A stretch of 64,000 nucleotides of DNA from a virus (Duplodnaviria; Caudoviricetes), in IMG/VR virus record IMGVR_UViG_3300033074_000614, positions 1-64,000 of that record. One strand, given 5' to 3'. Numbering within the stretch: position 1 is the first letter of the stretch; each line of letters opens with the position of its first letter. Shown in pieces: positions 35,649 through 45,132 of this stretch. The notes under the pieces were generated by a model that made no database searches, was not told the origin of the DNA, and worked only from the letters and a program-made list of their open reading frames with translations. Made by a program: the position numbers and the translations under genes.

Positions 35649-36644
35649 ATGAGCAATTCTCCTCGCATTATCATCGGCGACTGCCGCGACGTTCTGCCAA
35701 CCTTGCCCGATCAGTCCGTGCATTGCTGCGTGACAAGTCCGCCATACTTCGGGCTGCGGGATTACGGAGTGGATGGGCAGATCGGATTAGAACCCACACC
35801 GGATGATTTCGTGGGAGAGATGGTCAAGGTGTTCCGCGAAGTGCGGCGGGTTCTCCGCGAAGATGGGACGCTCTGGTTGAACCTTGGGGACTCGTACGCC
35901 ACCGGCACAACCGCAGGACGCCAGCAGTCACCAAATCCCGGTGTCGGCGCAAACAACCCCGATGCACAGAACAGCGTCGCCAGAATCGGAACGCCGGACG
36001 GACTCAAGACCAAAGACCTCATCGGCATCCCTTGGCGCGTCGCGTTCGCATTGCAGGCGGATGGTTGGTATCTTCGGCAGGACATCATTTGGGCCAAGCC
36101 GAACCCCATGCCGGAATCAGTGACCGATCGGTGTACCAAGTCGCATGAATATATCTTCATGCTGTCGAAGTCGGCGCGGTACTACTACGACTCTGACGCG
36201 ATCAAAGAACCGGCGATCTATGCGGAGCTGGGGTACAAAGACGCCGAGACTTACGCGGGCAAGCATCACAAGACTGACAAGCAGCGGGGCCACTCTCGCC
36301 GCCATGCGGGTTTCAGCGACCGTTGGGACTCGATGAGCCGAGAGGAACAGTGTTCAGGAACCCGCAATAAGCGCGACGTTTGGACGGTGGCAACTAAGCC
36401 CTTCCCCGATGCACACTTCGCAACCTTCCCGCCAAAGCTGATTGAGCCGTGCATATTGGCGGGATGTCCTATCGGTGGCACAGTGTTGGATCCGTTCAAC
36501 GGCGCGGGAACTACCGGACTTGTCAGCGTCAAGCATGGCCGCAAGTACATCGGCGTCGAGCTGAACCCGGAGTATGCGGCGATGGCTGAGAAGCGAATCG
36601 CGCGGCACATGGACGGGACATTGGAATACGGAGCGGCATCATGA
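35649..36644 (+). CDS. DNA N4-cytosine/N6-adenine methyltransferase
   Basis: GDCRDVL, VTSPPY, WAKPNPMPESV, HFATFP, DPFNGAGTT. Confidence 0.95.
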   Translation: MSNSPRIIIGDCRDVLPTLPDQSVHCCVTSPPYFGLRDYGVDGQIGLEPTPDDFVGEMVKVFREVRRVLREDGTLWLNLGDSYATGTTAGRQQSPNPGVGANNPDAQNSVARIGTPDGLKTKDLIGIPWRVAFALQADGWYLRQDIIWAKPNPMPESVTDRCTKSHEYIFMLSKSARYYYDSDAIKEPAIYAELGYKDAETYAGKHHKTDKQRGHSRRHAGFSDRWDSMSREEQCSGTRNKRDVWTVATKPFPDAHFATFPPKLIEPCILAGCPIGGTVLDPFNGAGTTGLVSVKHGRKYIGVELNPEYAAMAEKRIARHMDGTLEYGAAS

Positions 36645-36758
36645 CTCACTCGACCGCGCGCGTAGCTCGATCGACTCAAGGGCCGGGAATCTTTGACACC
36701 GGCCTGAGAGTCGCGCGAGGTGCAGCATGAGCAAGGCAGTTGGAAATTTGGAGGAAGT

Positions 36759-37175
36759 ATGACTTTTGACACTAGTAAGATTGACGAGTGGGATTTGGAT
36801 ACGTGCCGGGATTGGCTGGCGATGAAAGCGGGGTGGGTAGAAACCACGCCTTCGATGCTGGATGGACAGGCCGTGCCTCTTGGATCGGAATGGCATCGAC
36901 CAACCGTCAACGGATCACCCGGTTCTTTGACGTGGTGTATCCACCCAATTCCCGCAACTTTTGACGAGGCGGCGAAGCTGCCGGAGGGGACGCGGTGGCA
37001 TGGCGGTACTACGTACAGCTCGATGACTGAAAAAATAACTGGATACGAGTGTCGGTCATTAACGACTTGGAAACAAGGCAACGCCTGCGCTTTCAAAGAA
37101 TCAAGTGCGTCCGGCGACACTGAACTCCTCGCCCGCTTCCGCCTTCGCTGCAAAGTCGAATCCCGTCCACACTGA
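36759..37175 (+). CDS. Hypothetical protein
   Basis: GGAGG RBS; MTFDTSKIDEWDL... Confidence 0.65.
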   Translation: MTFDTSKIDEWDLDTCRDWLAMKAGWVETTPSMLDGQAVPLGSEWHRPTVNGSPGSLTWCIHPIPATFDEAAKLPEGTRWHGGTTYSSMTEKITGYECRSLTTWKQGNACAFKESSASGDTELLARFRLRCKVESRPH

Positions 37176-37287
37176 GGCGTCTCGCTTCACTCGACGGGCG
37201 AGAACCGACCTCGCCCGGAGAGTCAATCGAGAATAACCGCACCTGAGATGGTGCATACCTCGCAACCGCGAGTTTACTGAGAGGGTA

Positions 37288-37560
37288 GTGATGACAGCAA
37301 TTTGGCGACAAATGACCGACGACGAGAAGCGTGCAGCACTTGCACTTGAGCGGGTGCGGTTCCCCGTGGCCTCGCCGCCTAAGCGACTTGCGCGGAGTCT
37401 GGTGGCACAGGCGAAGCAAGCGGCACCGGAAATCACCGACAATCAAGCGGCGTCAATGTGGGGCATCGTAAATCGTTTCAGGCGGCAGATAGCGGGAGAC
37501 ATTGTGAAACTTGCACCTGCCGCATCGTCCAGCCCCAAAGCGGGCGGGGAGGCCAAATGA
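37288..37560 (+). CDS. Hypothetical protein
   Basis: GAGGG RBS, ATGA coupling downstream. Confidence 0.6.
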   Translation: MMTAIWRQMTDDEKRAALALERVRFPVASPPKRLARSLVAQAKQAAPEITDNQAASMWGIVNRFRRQIAGDIVKLAPAASSSPKAGGEAK

Positions 37561-37913
37561 ACGTACCCGAAATTTACGCGAGAGTTTGCGCGGTTTGCCC
37601 GGAGGCGAGGGTGAAGGAACTAGGCCGCGAAAAGTTCCTTGGTGAATACTGGACATACTTAGGCGAGTCGATCCATTACCGTTTAGCGGGATCCCTCATC
37701 GAATCCGCCTGGACGAATCTGCTCAAGCCGTACCACATGCTCCATAAAGACCTGAACGGCGAGTGGGCGATCGTCGTTATTCTGTCGAGTCACAACGGCA
37801 CGCCGCCGCCAAACCCATTCCGCTACGTTGTGAAGTCACACCAAACCAGACTCGAAACACTTGAGGCGTACATCATGGCAGAACTTGCACCGGAACAAAG
37901 GAGCGGGAAGTGA
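37557..37913 (+). CDS. Hypothetical protein; weak paralog of 41626..41982
   Basis: GGAGG RBS; PEARV and WTNLLKPYH resemble PEAKV and WLTLLPKYH. Confidence 0.65.
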   Translation: MNVPEIYARVCAVCPEARVKELGREKFLGEYWTYLGESIHYRLAGSLIESAWTNLLKPYHMLHKDLNGEWAIVVILSSHNGTPPPNPFRYVVKSHQTRLETLEAYIMAELAPEQRSGK

Positions 37914-38410
37914 GAGAGAATATTGAAATTGTGAAGGCGATCATTCTGTCCGTCGCAAGTGCGATGCGAGCGAACGCTCTCATTGCAACCAAAAAGAAAA
38001 TGCCGGACGTTGCATTGATCTTGCAAACAGAATGCAACAACCTCGAAAACGCATATCAGGAACTCGACCAATGCTCAAGCTCGTCTGCCGGTTGTGGGGA
38101 TGCAAGCGATACGACCTCTCATGGACCGTCATCGGCCCCCTGCTCGAATCAGGACTCTGGAAACTTAGCGGCAAAGGATTCCACCGTTGCACCCGCTGCG
38201 GCGAGTCCCGCGAAGTGGTCGTCGTGTCGAACGAGTAACCCGCGATGGAGAGGCCACTACCTAACCAGACTTGCGACGGGCGATAAGACGGTTCAGTCGC
38301 TTAACTTCTATTGGACGGGCGGCGGGTGGGAATGTGGCGAAGAAAAAATTACTCCAAGCGAATGGGGCAATTACGAATATTTTGATCACCACCTAATCGG
38401 AGACAAGTAA
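37910..38410 (+). CDS. Hypothetical protein with Ser-rich middle overlapping a nested ORF
   Basis: Coupled at both ends to neighbours. Confidence 0.5.
   Translation: MRENIEIVKAIILSVASAMRANALIATKKKMPDVALILQTECNNLENAYQELDQCSSSSAGCGDASDTTSHGPSSAPCSNQDSGNLAAKDSTVAPAAASPAKWSSCRTSNPRWRGHYLTRLATGDKTVQSLNFYWTGGGWECGEEKITPSEWGNYEYFDHHLIGDK
38071..38238 (+). CDS. Small Zn-finger-like protein nested in another frame
   Basis: MLKLVCRLWGCK...RCTRCG; AGGA RBS. Confidence 0.5.
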   Translation: MLKLVCRLWGCKRYDLSWTVIGPLLESGLWKLSGKGFHRCTRCGESREVVVVSNE

Positions 38411-38613
38411 TGGCGAAGAAGCAGAAGATCAGGGCGGTCAAGGCGTGGGCGCTTCCGTTGATGGACAAAATAGAAATAGGCGCGATATGGCCTAGCAAGA
38501 GCAGTGCTTGGGAGTACGAAAGAACTGGCGACCCAAGAGTGTACAGCAAGCGGGAACTGTTCAAACTTTTGGTCCCTGTCACAATCACCCCTCGCAAGAA
38601 AGGCGGAAGATGA
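38410..38613 (+). CDS. Hypothetical protein
   Basis: GGAG RBS, TAATG coupling. Confidence 0.6.
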   Translation: MAKKQKIRAVKAWALPLMDKIEIGAIWPSKSSAWEYERTGDPRVYSKRELFKLLVPVTITPRKKGGR

Positions 38614-39050
38614 GATACAAAAGAAAAGCCAATGTGGTCGAAGCGGTTCTTTGGGACGGAAACCGGCTCGCCGAAGTTCCGCAATGGATCAGCGATGCAC
38701 TGAATCTTGGTCAGCAAAAGGTTGGCGGTCTATTCAGATGGGCCGACAGTATTCAGATTTTCACGCTTGAGGGTGTGATGATCGCCAGCCCCGGCGACTA
38801 CATCGTTCGTGGCATCGAAGGCGAACTCTACCCGTGCAAGCCAAGCATCTTCCTGAAGAATCACGAGCCGGAACTTGCCCAACCTCAGCCCGCGCCGGTG
38901 GACGCGATGAGGGAGGCGTTGGAGGCACTTGTTGAAACTGGGGAGAAATTGAATCTCAACATTACCGAGGATGGTCAGGCCGGGCTTGACTTCTTGCGAG
39001 CAAAGTTTCAGGCCCGCACCGCGCTCGCAGCCGCGAAGGAGAAAGCATGA
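38610..39050 (+). CDS. Conserved phage protein (VVEAVxW...TLEG...GDYIVRGIEGELYPCKPSIF family)
   Basis: Recognisable widespread phage motif. Confidence 0.8.
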   Translation: MRYKRKANVVEAVLWDGNRLAEVPQWISDALNLGQQKVGGLFRWADSIQIFTLEGVMIASPGDYIVRGIEGELYPCKPSIFLKNHEPELAQPQPAPVDAMREALEALVETGEKLNLNITEDGQAGLDFLRAKFQARTALAAAKEKA

Positions 39051-39385
39051 GTTATTATTATTGCCCAACGTGTGAAAAAGAAGGACAGATGTATTCTGGT
39101 GGAATGGCCCCGCCCGGATGGGGTGATCGAAGCGGAGAGATGAGCTATGAGTGCAAAACGTGCAAACAGTGGGCAACCGGGCCGGGAACCAGTCCGGGTC
39201 TGATTTGCTCATACGGTCCATCGCCGTTCGATCTGTTCGTCGATGGAAACATGTGGTGTGCGACTAGACCAGACTTTATCAATTTGCAAGAAAGCACGGC
39301 AGGGTTTGGACCCACCAGACCGGAAGCCATAAAAGACTGCATTAAGAACGAAATCGCAACCGCGAAGGAGGGGAAGAATGGCTGA
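39047..39385 (+). CDS. Zn-finger-like hypothetical protein
   Basis: CPTC...CKTC. Confidence 0.65.
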   Translation: MSYYYCPTCEKEGQMYSGGMAPPGWGDRSGEMSYECKTCKQWATGPGTSPGLICSYGPSPFDLFVDGNMWCATRPDFINLQESTAGFGPTRPEAIKDCIKNEIATAKEGKNG

Positions 39386-39875
39386 GCTAAAGATAATCCC
39401 GTATGCGTTGTGGAACGTGCAGCAGGGCTACAAACTTACAGACTTTGACCGCCGAGAGCTAACAAAGGCTTTCGACAACCAACAAGCCGAACTCTCCCAA
39501 CTCCGCAGCGAGCTGGCCGAGGCACAAAAACAAAGAGACCTTTGGCGGTCGGTCTGCGAGAACGATACCGAAAACGAGGATGTGTGTCTCAAATTGCTTG
39601 AGCGGTTCGATGAGAAGAACCCCGAATATCCGACCGGACTTGTCGAACGAGTCGAACTCGCAATGAAGAAACTCACCGCCTCCGAATCCGCGCGACGGGT
39701 GCTGGTGGAGGAGTTCCGCTTGCTACTCGATGCGGTCCCGCGAGATGAAACCGACGAACGGGACGCTGCGAGAAATCGGGCAGTTCTCTTTCTCGCGCAG
39801 TACATCGAGCCGTTTCCAAAACCTTGTCCGCAAGCCGCCGTTGACAGCCTCAAACTGTTGGAGGGAGAGGGATGA
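39378..39875 (+). CDS. Coiled-coil hypothetical protein
   Basis: GGAGG RBS, overlaps neighbours. Confidence 0.65.
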   Translation: MAELKIIPYALWNVQQGYKLTDFDRRELTKAFDNQQAELSQLRSELAEAQKQRDLWRSVCENDTENEDVCLKLLERFDEKNPEYPTGLVERVELAMKKLTASESARRVLVEEFRLLLDAVPRDETDERDAARNRAVLFLAQYIEPFPKPCPQAAVDSLKLLEGEG

Positions 39876-40039
39876 AATTCTTGCGATGGTTGCGAAGCGT
39901 GTTCTGTTGCCCCGGTTGCCCGAAGTGCAAGGCGTGTACTAAGTGCCACCACGAATGGGGAATGTGGGAGCGTTGGGGAATCACATATCAAAGTCGTCTG
40001 TGCAAATTGTGCGGACTTGAAGAAAGGCGGGACCCCTGA
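39872..40039 (+). CDS. Small Cys-rich protein (55 aa, below track cutoff)
   Basis: Manual translation MKFLRWLRSVFCCPGCPKCKACTKCHHEWGMWERWGITYQSRLCKLCGLEERRDP. Confidence 0.55.
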   Translation: MKFLRWLRSVFCCPGCPKCKACTKCHHEWGMWERWGITYQSRLCKLCGLEERRDP

Positions 40040-40040
40040 T

Positions 40041-40211
40041 ATGCAAGATAAAATTGCACACGGAATCAAGGAAATCATGGAAGCGGTCGCACTGGTGATT
40101 GTCATTCTCGGATTGGTGTTGGCGGTGACTCAGTGCTCACGGTGCGAACGCGAGCAAAGAGTGTTCGAGCGAGACTGGCAGGAACATGAGAAAGCGAAAG
40201 GGACCCAATGA
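40041..40211 (+). CDS. Small single-TM protein
   Basis: AVALVIVILGLVLAVTQC hydrophobic segment. Confidence 0.55.
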   Translation: MQDKIAHGIKEIMEAVALVIVILGLVLAVTQCSRCEREQRVFERDWQEHEKAKGTQ

Positions 40212-40435
40212 CACAGCCGAGTGAGGTGGAAATGTCGTCCAAAGCAAGGTTGATTGAAGGTGTGGGCAGAGTCTTGGACCGACTCTATCGCGGGATGTTT
40301 ATGGGCGCGGGGCTTGTGTGGATAGGGAAAATCCTGTCAGACGACGAGCCTGATACGTGGTTAAGGTTTGTGAAAACCGTGATGGCGGGATTCCTGATTA
40401 TTCACGCGGTCTATCCAGAAAGGGGGGCAAGGTGA
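40208..40435 (+). CDS. Small membrane protein
   Basis: Two hydrophobic segments; coupled. Confidence 0.55.
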   Translation: MTQPSEVEMSSKARLIEGVGRVLDRLYRGMFMGAGLVWIGKILSDDEPDTWLRFVKTVMAGFLIIHAVYPERGAR

Positions 40436-40755
40436 ACACGCCAACCGAATTGGAAATGGCAAAGGCGCGAGAGCTTGTGAGACAGCTTTACGGCAAATGC
40501 GTTGACCCAGAAAAGTTTGCAGACTCCATCGCCCGCGCCCTGCACGATGCCGCGAAGGTGAAGGACGATGAAATCCAGAAGCTAAAGTCGAGGTGTGCGG
40601 ATTTGGCGAAGCATACCGATTGTGTCGAAGTTGCCCAAATATGCCTATGCCACCAATGCTCTTCGAGATTTGAGAATGAGTACAACGAGGCGATAGAAGA
40701 ATACGAGAAGGGCGAAGCCGCCCAACGCGCAAAGGAGCAACATGAGCAGGATTGA
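40432..40755 (+). CDS. Hypothetical protein
   Basis: GTGA coupling; MNTPTELEMAKARE... Confidence 0.6.
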   Translation: MNTPTELEMAKARELVRQLYGKCVDPEKFADSIARALHDAAKVKDDEIQKLKSRCADLAKHTDCVEVAQICLCHQCSSRFENEYNEAIEEYEKGEAAQRAKEQHEQD

Positions 40756-40984
40756 GGAACTGAAAGCGTTGGCGAGGGTGTGCCATCGAACCGGCACCAG
40801 AGGTACGCGAGAAGCGTTTGCTATGGCGGCAATCGAAGCTATCCCCGCACTTCTTGAAATCGCGGAACGGGCGAAGGAATACGTAGCCGACAGCAACGCG
40901 CGTCGAGACAATTATCGGCGACTGGCCTATTGCACAGAACTTGCCGCCGCACTTGCGAAGTTGGAGGCCACCGATGCTAAGTGA
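40742..40984 (+). CDS. Hypothetical protein
   Basis: AAGGAG RBS; RIEELKALA...AIPALL...ELAAALAKLE. Confidence 0.65.
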   Translation: MSRIEELKALARVCHRTGTRGTREAFAMAAIEAIPALLEIAERAKEYVADSNARRDNYRRLAYCTELAAALAKLEATDAK

Positions 40985-41381
40985 AACGGAAACACAAAAG
41001 GCTGAGCCGCTGACAGCATCCCCGCGCGGCAAGCTCCCCAAATATCGGGACCGCAAACTTCTTTCTGGAAACGAGATGTATGCCGCGATGTGTGCCACCG
41101 GCAAGCACATAACCAAACTCAAGAGGCTCTACGATCGGCTCGAAACGGCGCAGCGTCGCAGGGAGTCGCGTGCCGAATCAATGCTCGATGCGTGGAACAC
41201 CGACCAAGAATTAGCGATGTTGACCGCACAGATCGACATGGATATGACGGACTGGATGAAGCGGACAAAGCCGGTGCTTGAGGCGGCAGAGGGTGCAAGG
41301 GCGTACGCGCCGATTGTGAAGGCTGGTAAGATGCACATGGCTGCGAACATGGAGCGAGCGGAAGAAACGGAGGCGGCGTGA
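40974..41381 (+). CDS. Hypothetical helical protein
   Basis: GGAGG RBS. Confidence 0.65.
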   Translation: MLSETETQKAEPLTASPRGKLPKYRDRKLLSGNEMYAAMCATGKHITKLKRLYDRLETAQRRRESRAESMLDAWNTDQELAMLTAQIDMDMTDWMKRTKPVLEAAEGARAYAPIVKAGKMHMAANMERAEETEAA

Positions 41382-41629
41382 GTCACAGCAATAGACTGGA
41401 TAATGGCGTTATCGTGATTTCCAACAGCGACGAGAGCGGTGAGGTGGAGTTCGTGTTCAACGATGGGCGGCGAGTGACATACCGATGGGCAGCGTTGCGA
41501 TACGGACTCCGAGCATTTAGTGATCCGATACCCGCCAAGCCCTGCGACCAAGACCACCACGATCCAAAGACCCCCGCGAGCTTTGGCCGGTGCGTGAAGT
41601 GCGGCGCGACAGTTAGGAGCGAAGAATGA
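41378..41629 (+). CDS. Hypothetical protein with C-terminal C..H..CxxC
   Basis: GGAGG RBS, coupled. Confidence 0.6.
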   Translation: MSHSNRLDNGVIVISNSDESGEVEFVFNDGRRVTYRWAALRYGLRAFSDPIPAKPCDQDHHDPKTPASFGRCVKCGATVRSEE

Positions 41630-41982
41630 GCGAGTTTGCAAAGTTCTACCAGAGCGTGATCGGGGCGAGGCCGGAGGCGAAGGTGCCGGGCATGATCGTC
41701 AAAGGCGACCACCTTGTAGGAGAGGATGATGGCGCAAGTGTTGGAGTGTTTGGCGACTACGGGTATGGTGCGTCGTTCACCGAAGAAGTAGCCCGCGCGA
41801 TCTGCTTGCGGCATTGGCTCACGTTGCTGCCAAAATACCACGGCGTGCATCGCGTCGAGAACATCGGCACGACTTACGAAGTGTGGACGAGATACGGTGA
41901 GGCGGATTGGGGAACGCACCCCACCCCCGAAGAGGCTGTTGGAGAATACCTGAAAGCGAACCCCGCGAACCGTGGGGGATAG
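41626..41982 (+). CDS. Hypothetical protein; weak paralog of 37557..37913
   Basis: AGGAG RBS. Confidence 0.65.
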   Translation: MSEFAKFYQSVIGARPEAKVPGMIVKGDHLVGEDDGASVGVFGDYGYGASFTEEVARAICLRHWLTLLPKYHGVHRVENIGTTYEVWTRYGEADWGTHPTPEEAVGEYLKANPANRGG

Positions 41983-41988
41983 GCAAAC

Positions 41989-42204
41989 ATGGCAATCAAA
42001 ATGACAGACCACGCAGTCATGCGATTCGTCGAGCGAGTTCTCGGCATCAGCGACAACGAACTACTCGCAATGATGGTGCCGGAACACACCCGCATGGCGA
42101 TCAGGGAGTACGGCGACGGCGAGTACGCGATCAGCGAAACGCACAAGGTGGTCGTGCGAAAGAACGTGGTAATCACCGTGGCACCACGCGGCGAGAAACT
42201 TTGA
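41989..42204 (+). CDS. Small phage protein (TDHAVxRFxER family)
   Basis: MAIKMTDHAVMRFVERVLG...VVITV. Confidence 0.7.
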   Translation: MAIKMTDHAVMRFVERVLGISDNELLAMMVPEHTRMAIREYGDGEYAISETHKVVVRKNVVITVAPRGEKL

Positions 42205-42222
42205 CGACTAAAACACGGAAGT

Positions 42223-42251
42223 TTGACACGTAGAAGATTTCCATGTATACT
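42223..42251 (+). promoter_or_regulatory. Near-consensus sigma70 promoter at the start of module B
   Basis: TTGACA-17 bp-TATACT; GGAG RBS at 42261. Confidence 0.8.
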
Positions 42252-42269
42252 CCCGCCAACGGAGTACGC

Positions 42270-42707
42270 ATGGAAAGCGGTCAGGTCTCGAACCCGATAC
42301 ACCGGCTCAGTCTCAGCCAGCGCGCCAAGGTCGCAAGCGCACTATTCCGCATACAAATCCCATTCAACGTCCGCGAGCGTGAAGGCGATCTGAAGGTCAT
42401 TGCCCAGCGCGATCTATCAATCTGGCTCATCTACCAGCCAATGGCCTCAATGGGATGCCCAACCTTCGGGCAGGTCGAAAGACTCACCGGCATCGTCCGA
42501 CACGGGATATTCGCCGTAATCAAGCGAGTCAAGGTCTGGACAGGCGAAGGCAACGCCGAACGCTCAATCTGTGAACGGTTAATCATCGGCAACCGAAGCC
42601 CATTGAGCGACCACGAAATCGCCAAGCTATACGCTGAAATACGCAAAAACCCGTGGCGTAGGGGTGGGCGCAACGAGAACGGAAGGCAGGTCCAGATTGA
42701 CCAGTGA
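42270..42707 (+). CDS. DnaA-domain-IV-like HTH protein; paralog of 6981..7415
   Basis: SNPI..QRAxVA..LF...RDL.IW...PT..Q..R..G...RVxxW...WRRG shared with the A copy. Confidence 0.55.
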   Translation: MESGQVSNPIHRLSLSQRAKVASALFRIQIPFNVREREGDLKVIAQRDLSIWLIYQPMASMGCPTFGQVERLTGIVRHGIFAVIKRVKVWTGEGNAERSICERLIIGNRSPLSDHEIAKLYAEIRKNPWRRGGRNENGRQVQIDQ

Positions 42708-42810
42708 CAACCAAAGCCGTTCACCGATCGCTTGCGAAGTTGACACGGCGCGCAATAAGATCAATTCCTCGTGCGCAGCGCAGACTCAAATACAAAGTCC
42801 TGCGGCGCAG

Positions 42811-43086
42811 ATGACCGCAACCGAGCAGGTTCTTTCAAGGGCGGGAAAACTTGACGGAATCCCGCACAAAACGGTCATTTCATCGAACTGGAACTGCTCT
42901 CCAGGCGACATAATCGCAGACCTTCAGCGAGCAGCCACCGAAGCCTGCAAAGTGCGAATTATCCCGTCAATAGAGCAGCAATTTGAAAACGCACGCTCGT
43001 GGACGTGGTTCCCAAGGACGCGGTTATTTAGTCACTCAGTCGTCTCCCCCTTCCTAGACCCCGCGCGGAACGGCGGTGTGCAATGA
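42811..43086 (+). CDS. Hypothetical protein
   Basis: MTATEQVLSR...; coupled to the next gene. Confidence 0.5.
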   Translation: MTATEQVLSRAGKLDGIPHKTVISSNWNCSPGDIIADLQRAATEACKVRIIPSIEQQFENARSWTWFPRTRLFSHSVVSPFLDPARNGGVQ

Positions 43087-43286
43087 ACTATGACCCGCGC
43101 CGTGGACTCTATCTGCCCGACTCAATCCCGCCTAAGGCGCAGGGGTTCCCGCCACACCTCGACATTCCCGATGACGTGAAAGGGAAGGCAGTCACGCCTC
43201 CCGCAAGCGGTCATCAGAACCACGAACTCCACACCGGCAGCGGGTACACCGTCATTCGTCCGCAAGCTGGCAAGGTGCAACCATGA
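43083..43286 (+). CDS. Small Pro-rich hypothetical protein
   Basis: ATGA overlaps at both ends. Confidence 0.6.
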   Translation: MNYDPRRGLYLPDSIPPKAQGFPPHLDIPDDVKGKAVTPPASGHQNHELHTGSGYTVIRPQAGKVQP

Positions 43287-45130
43287 GCGACCGTTACTTT
43301 GACGCACTCAACGGCGACGACGCGAACAGTGGGCTTACATCGTCCAGCGCGTGGAAGACCTTTGGCGGAGCTGGACCCGCCGCGTTCATCGCGGCAATGT
43401 CCGGTGCCGATCGACTCATCCTCGACACAACCACGATCTTCCGACCGACCATTGCAACGCTTGCAACGTGGGTGGGTATCACCGCTTCAGGCGGCGCGAC
43501 AATCGTGCCAAACTCAACAAGCGAACGGTTCAAGATTCAGGGTTGCGCCCAGGTCCCAACCGGATGGTCCGATCAGGGCGGGGGCCGCTATCGCAAGTTT
43601 ATCGGCACTGGCCTCTCAATCGGCTCAATCCTGTTTGGCGTCAACGAAACGTACTTCATGGGCGGACTTACCGGAAACACCCCGCTTCGGCAGGGCTTGC
43701 TTGTGGCGGGCACCTACGGCTCTTGTGCGGACAATGAAGGCGCGTATGACAGCGCGAGCGGAACACTCGAAGTCAACGTCGGCGAAGACCCACTTGACGG
43801 CGTGTACGTGACCAAAGACGCCGGACAGGCGTTGATCATCGTCGGCGGCGGCAGCCCGTCTCTGATCGAGGGGTTTGACCTCGCGGTTGCTGGCAAGCTG
43901 AACGCGGCGAAGACGACGTATTGCATCCAAGGGCAGGGTTGCTCAGGCTCGATATTCCAAGACGGCATCGCCCAAATGGGCACCAACCACTGCGCGGGAT
44001 TCACCTCTGGACTCTGCACCGACAACCTGTTCAAGAACGTGGTAGTTGCGGGCGGCGACAATCTCGCCACCCTGTTCATCAACCACAGTGCAAGCGCGGG
44101 CAATACCAGCGGGAAGCTCAACGGCTGCACCGCTCACGTTATGGGACACTACGGGCACCACGGACAGCCGAACGTTGCTAACTCAGCGGTGGCCGGTTAC
44201 TACGCCCATTGCGACAGCAGCGTAATCACCGACCTCGAATATCGGGCGTGCAACGCAATTGGCTACGGACCATCGAACGAGGCGCGTGGGTTCGTTGCGC
44301 TGGGCGCAACTTCGGAGCTTGCGGCTTACGCGGGCACGCGATACAGCACGGCTGGCCGCGCACTTCGGTACATCGAATGTGAGGGGTGGGGCCTGTCCTA
44401 CCAGTCGATCAACGGCGCGCCTCTATTCCAGCGTTGCCGCATGAGATTCAGTCAGGCCGGACCATCGGGCGCGGCGGTCACTTACGGCACGCTTAGGCTC
44501 AACGGTTCGGCCGGCAGCGGATGCCCCGCACTTCCCCTGTTTGACTCGTGTGAGATTACGGCCAACCTCGACAACGCTTCCTCGACCATCGCACTGTTTC
44601 AGGCCCGCAACGTTGTGGCGATTCAGGCGGGCGAGGGGCCAACGCTGCTCAACTGCTCGGTGTTTGAGACTTCGACGGGATCGAACACGCCCAAGCTCAT
44701 CGACACGCAGGGTAACGCGAACTTCACGGCGGCGGCTCAGGGTTGCGTATTTGGCGCAAGCCAATCGGGTCGATCGGTCAAGCTGCTCGGCAACGACAGC
44801 GGACGACTGGCGAGCCTCTACCCGTTCGTGGGCAACCGATACAGCGGCATCGGCGCGGCGATTTACAGCGACGATGCAAGCCGCAATACGTTCGCGGAGT
44901 TCCAGTCAACGGTCGATACCACCGGCGCGGAAATCAGCAACACCAACCTGCGACTGACCGAACCCAACGCGGACATGAAGCCAAAGTCAGGGTCGCACCT
45001 GTTCCGCGCCAACCGCACCGCTCAGCACACATCCAAGGGCATCAATCGTCAGCCGTACGTCGGGTCTACCGGCGCGTGGCAACGCCCATCAACCGCAGCC
45101 CGTTACAAGGTTCTCATCGAAGAGGAATAA
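43283..45130 (+). CDS. Right-handed beta-helix (pectin-lyase-like) protein, possible depolymerase (module B)
   Basis: N-terminal RYFDALNGDDANSGLTSSSAWKT (DUF1565-type start), Gly/Asn/Cys beta periodicity, C-terminal GAWQ. Confidence 0.65.
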   Translation: MSDRYFDALNGDDANSGLTSSSAWKTFGGAGPAAFIAAMSGADRLILDTTTIFRPTIATLATWVGITASGGATIVPNSTSERFKIQGCAQVPTGWSDQGGGRYRKFIGTGLSIGSILFGVNETYFMGGLTGNTPLRQGLLVAGTYGSCADNEGAYDSASGTLEVNVGEDPLDGVYVTKDAGQALIIVGGGSPSLIEGFDLAVAGKLNAAKTTYCIQGQGCSGSIFQDGIAQMGTNHCAGFTSGLCTDNLFKNVVVAGGDNLATLFINHSASAGNTSGKLNGCTAHVMGHYGHHGQPNVANSAVAGYYAHCDSSVITDLEYRACNAIGYGPSNEARGFVALGATSELAAYAGTRYSTAGRALRYIECEGWGLSYQSINGAPLFQRCRMRFSQAGPSGAAVTYGTLRLNGSAGSGCPALPLFDSCEITANLDNASSTIALFQARNVVAIQAGEGPTLLNCSVFETSTGSNTPKLIDTQGNANFTAAAQGCVFGASQSGRSVKLLGNDSGRLASLYPFVGNRYSGIGAAIYSDDASRNTFAEFQSTVDTTGAEISNTNLRLTEPNADMKPKSGSHLFRANRTAQHTSKGINRQPYVGSTGAWQRPSTAARYKVLIEEE

Positions 45131-45132
45131 TC

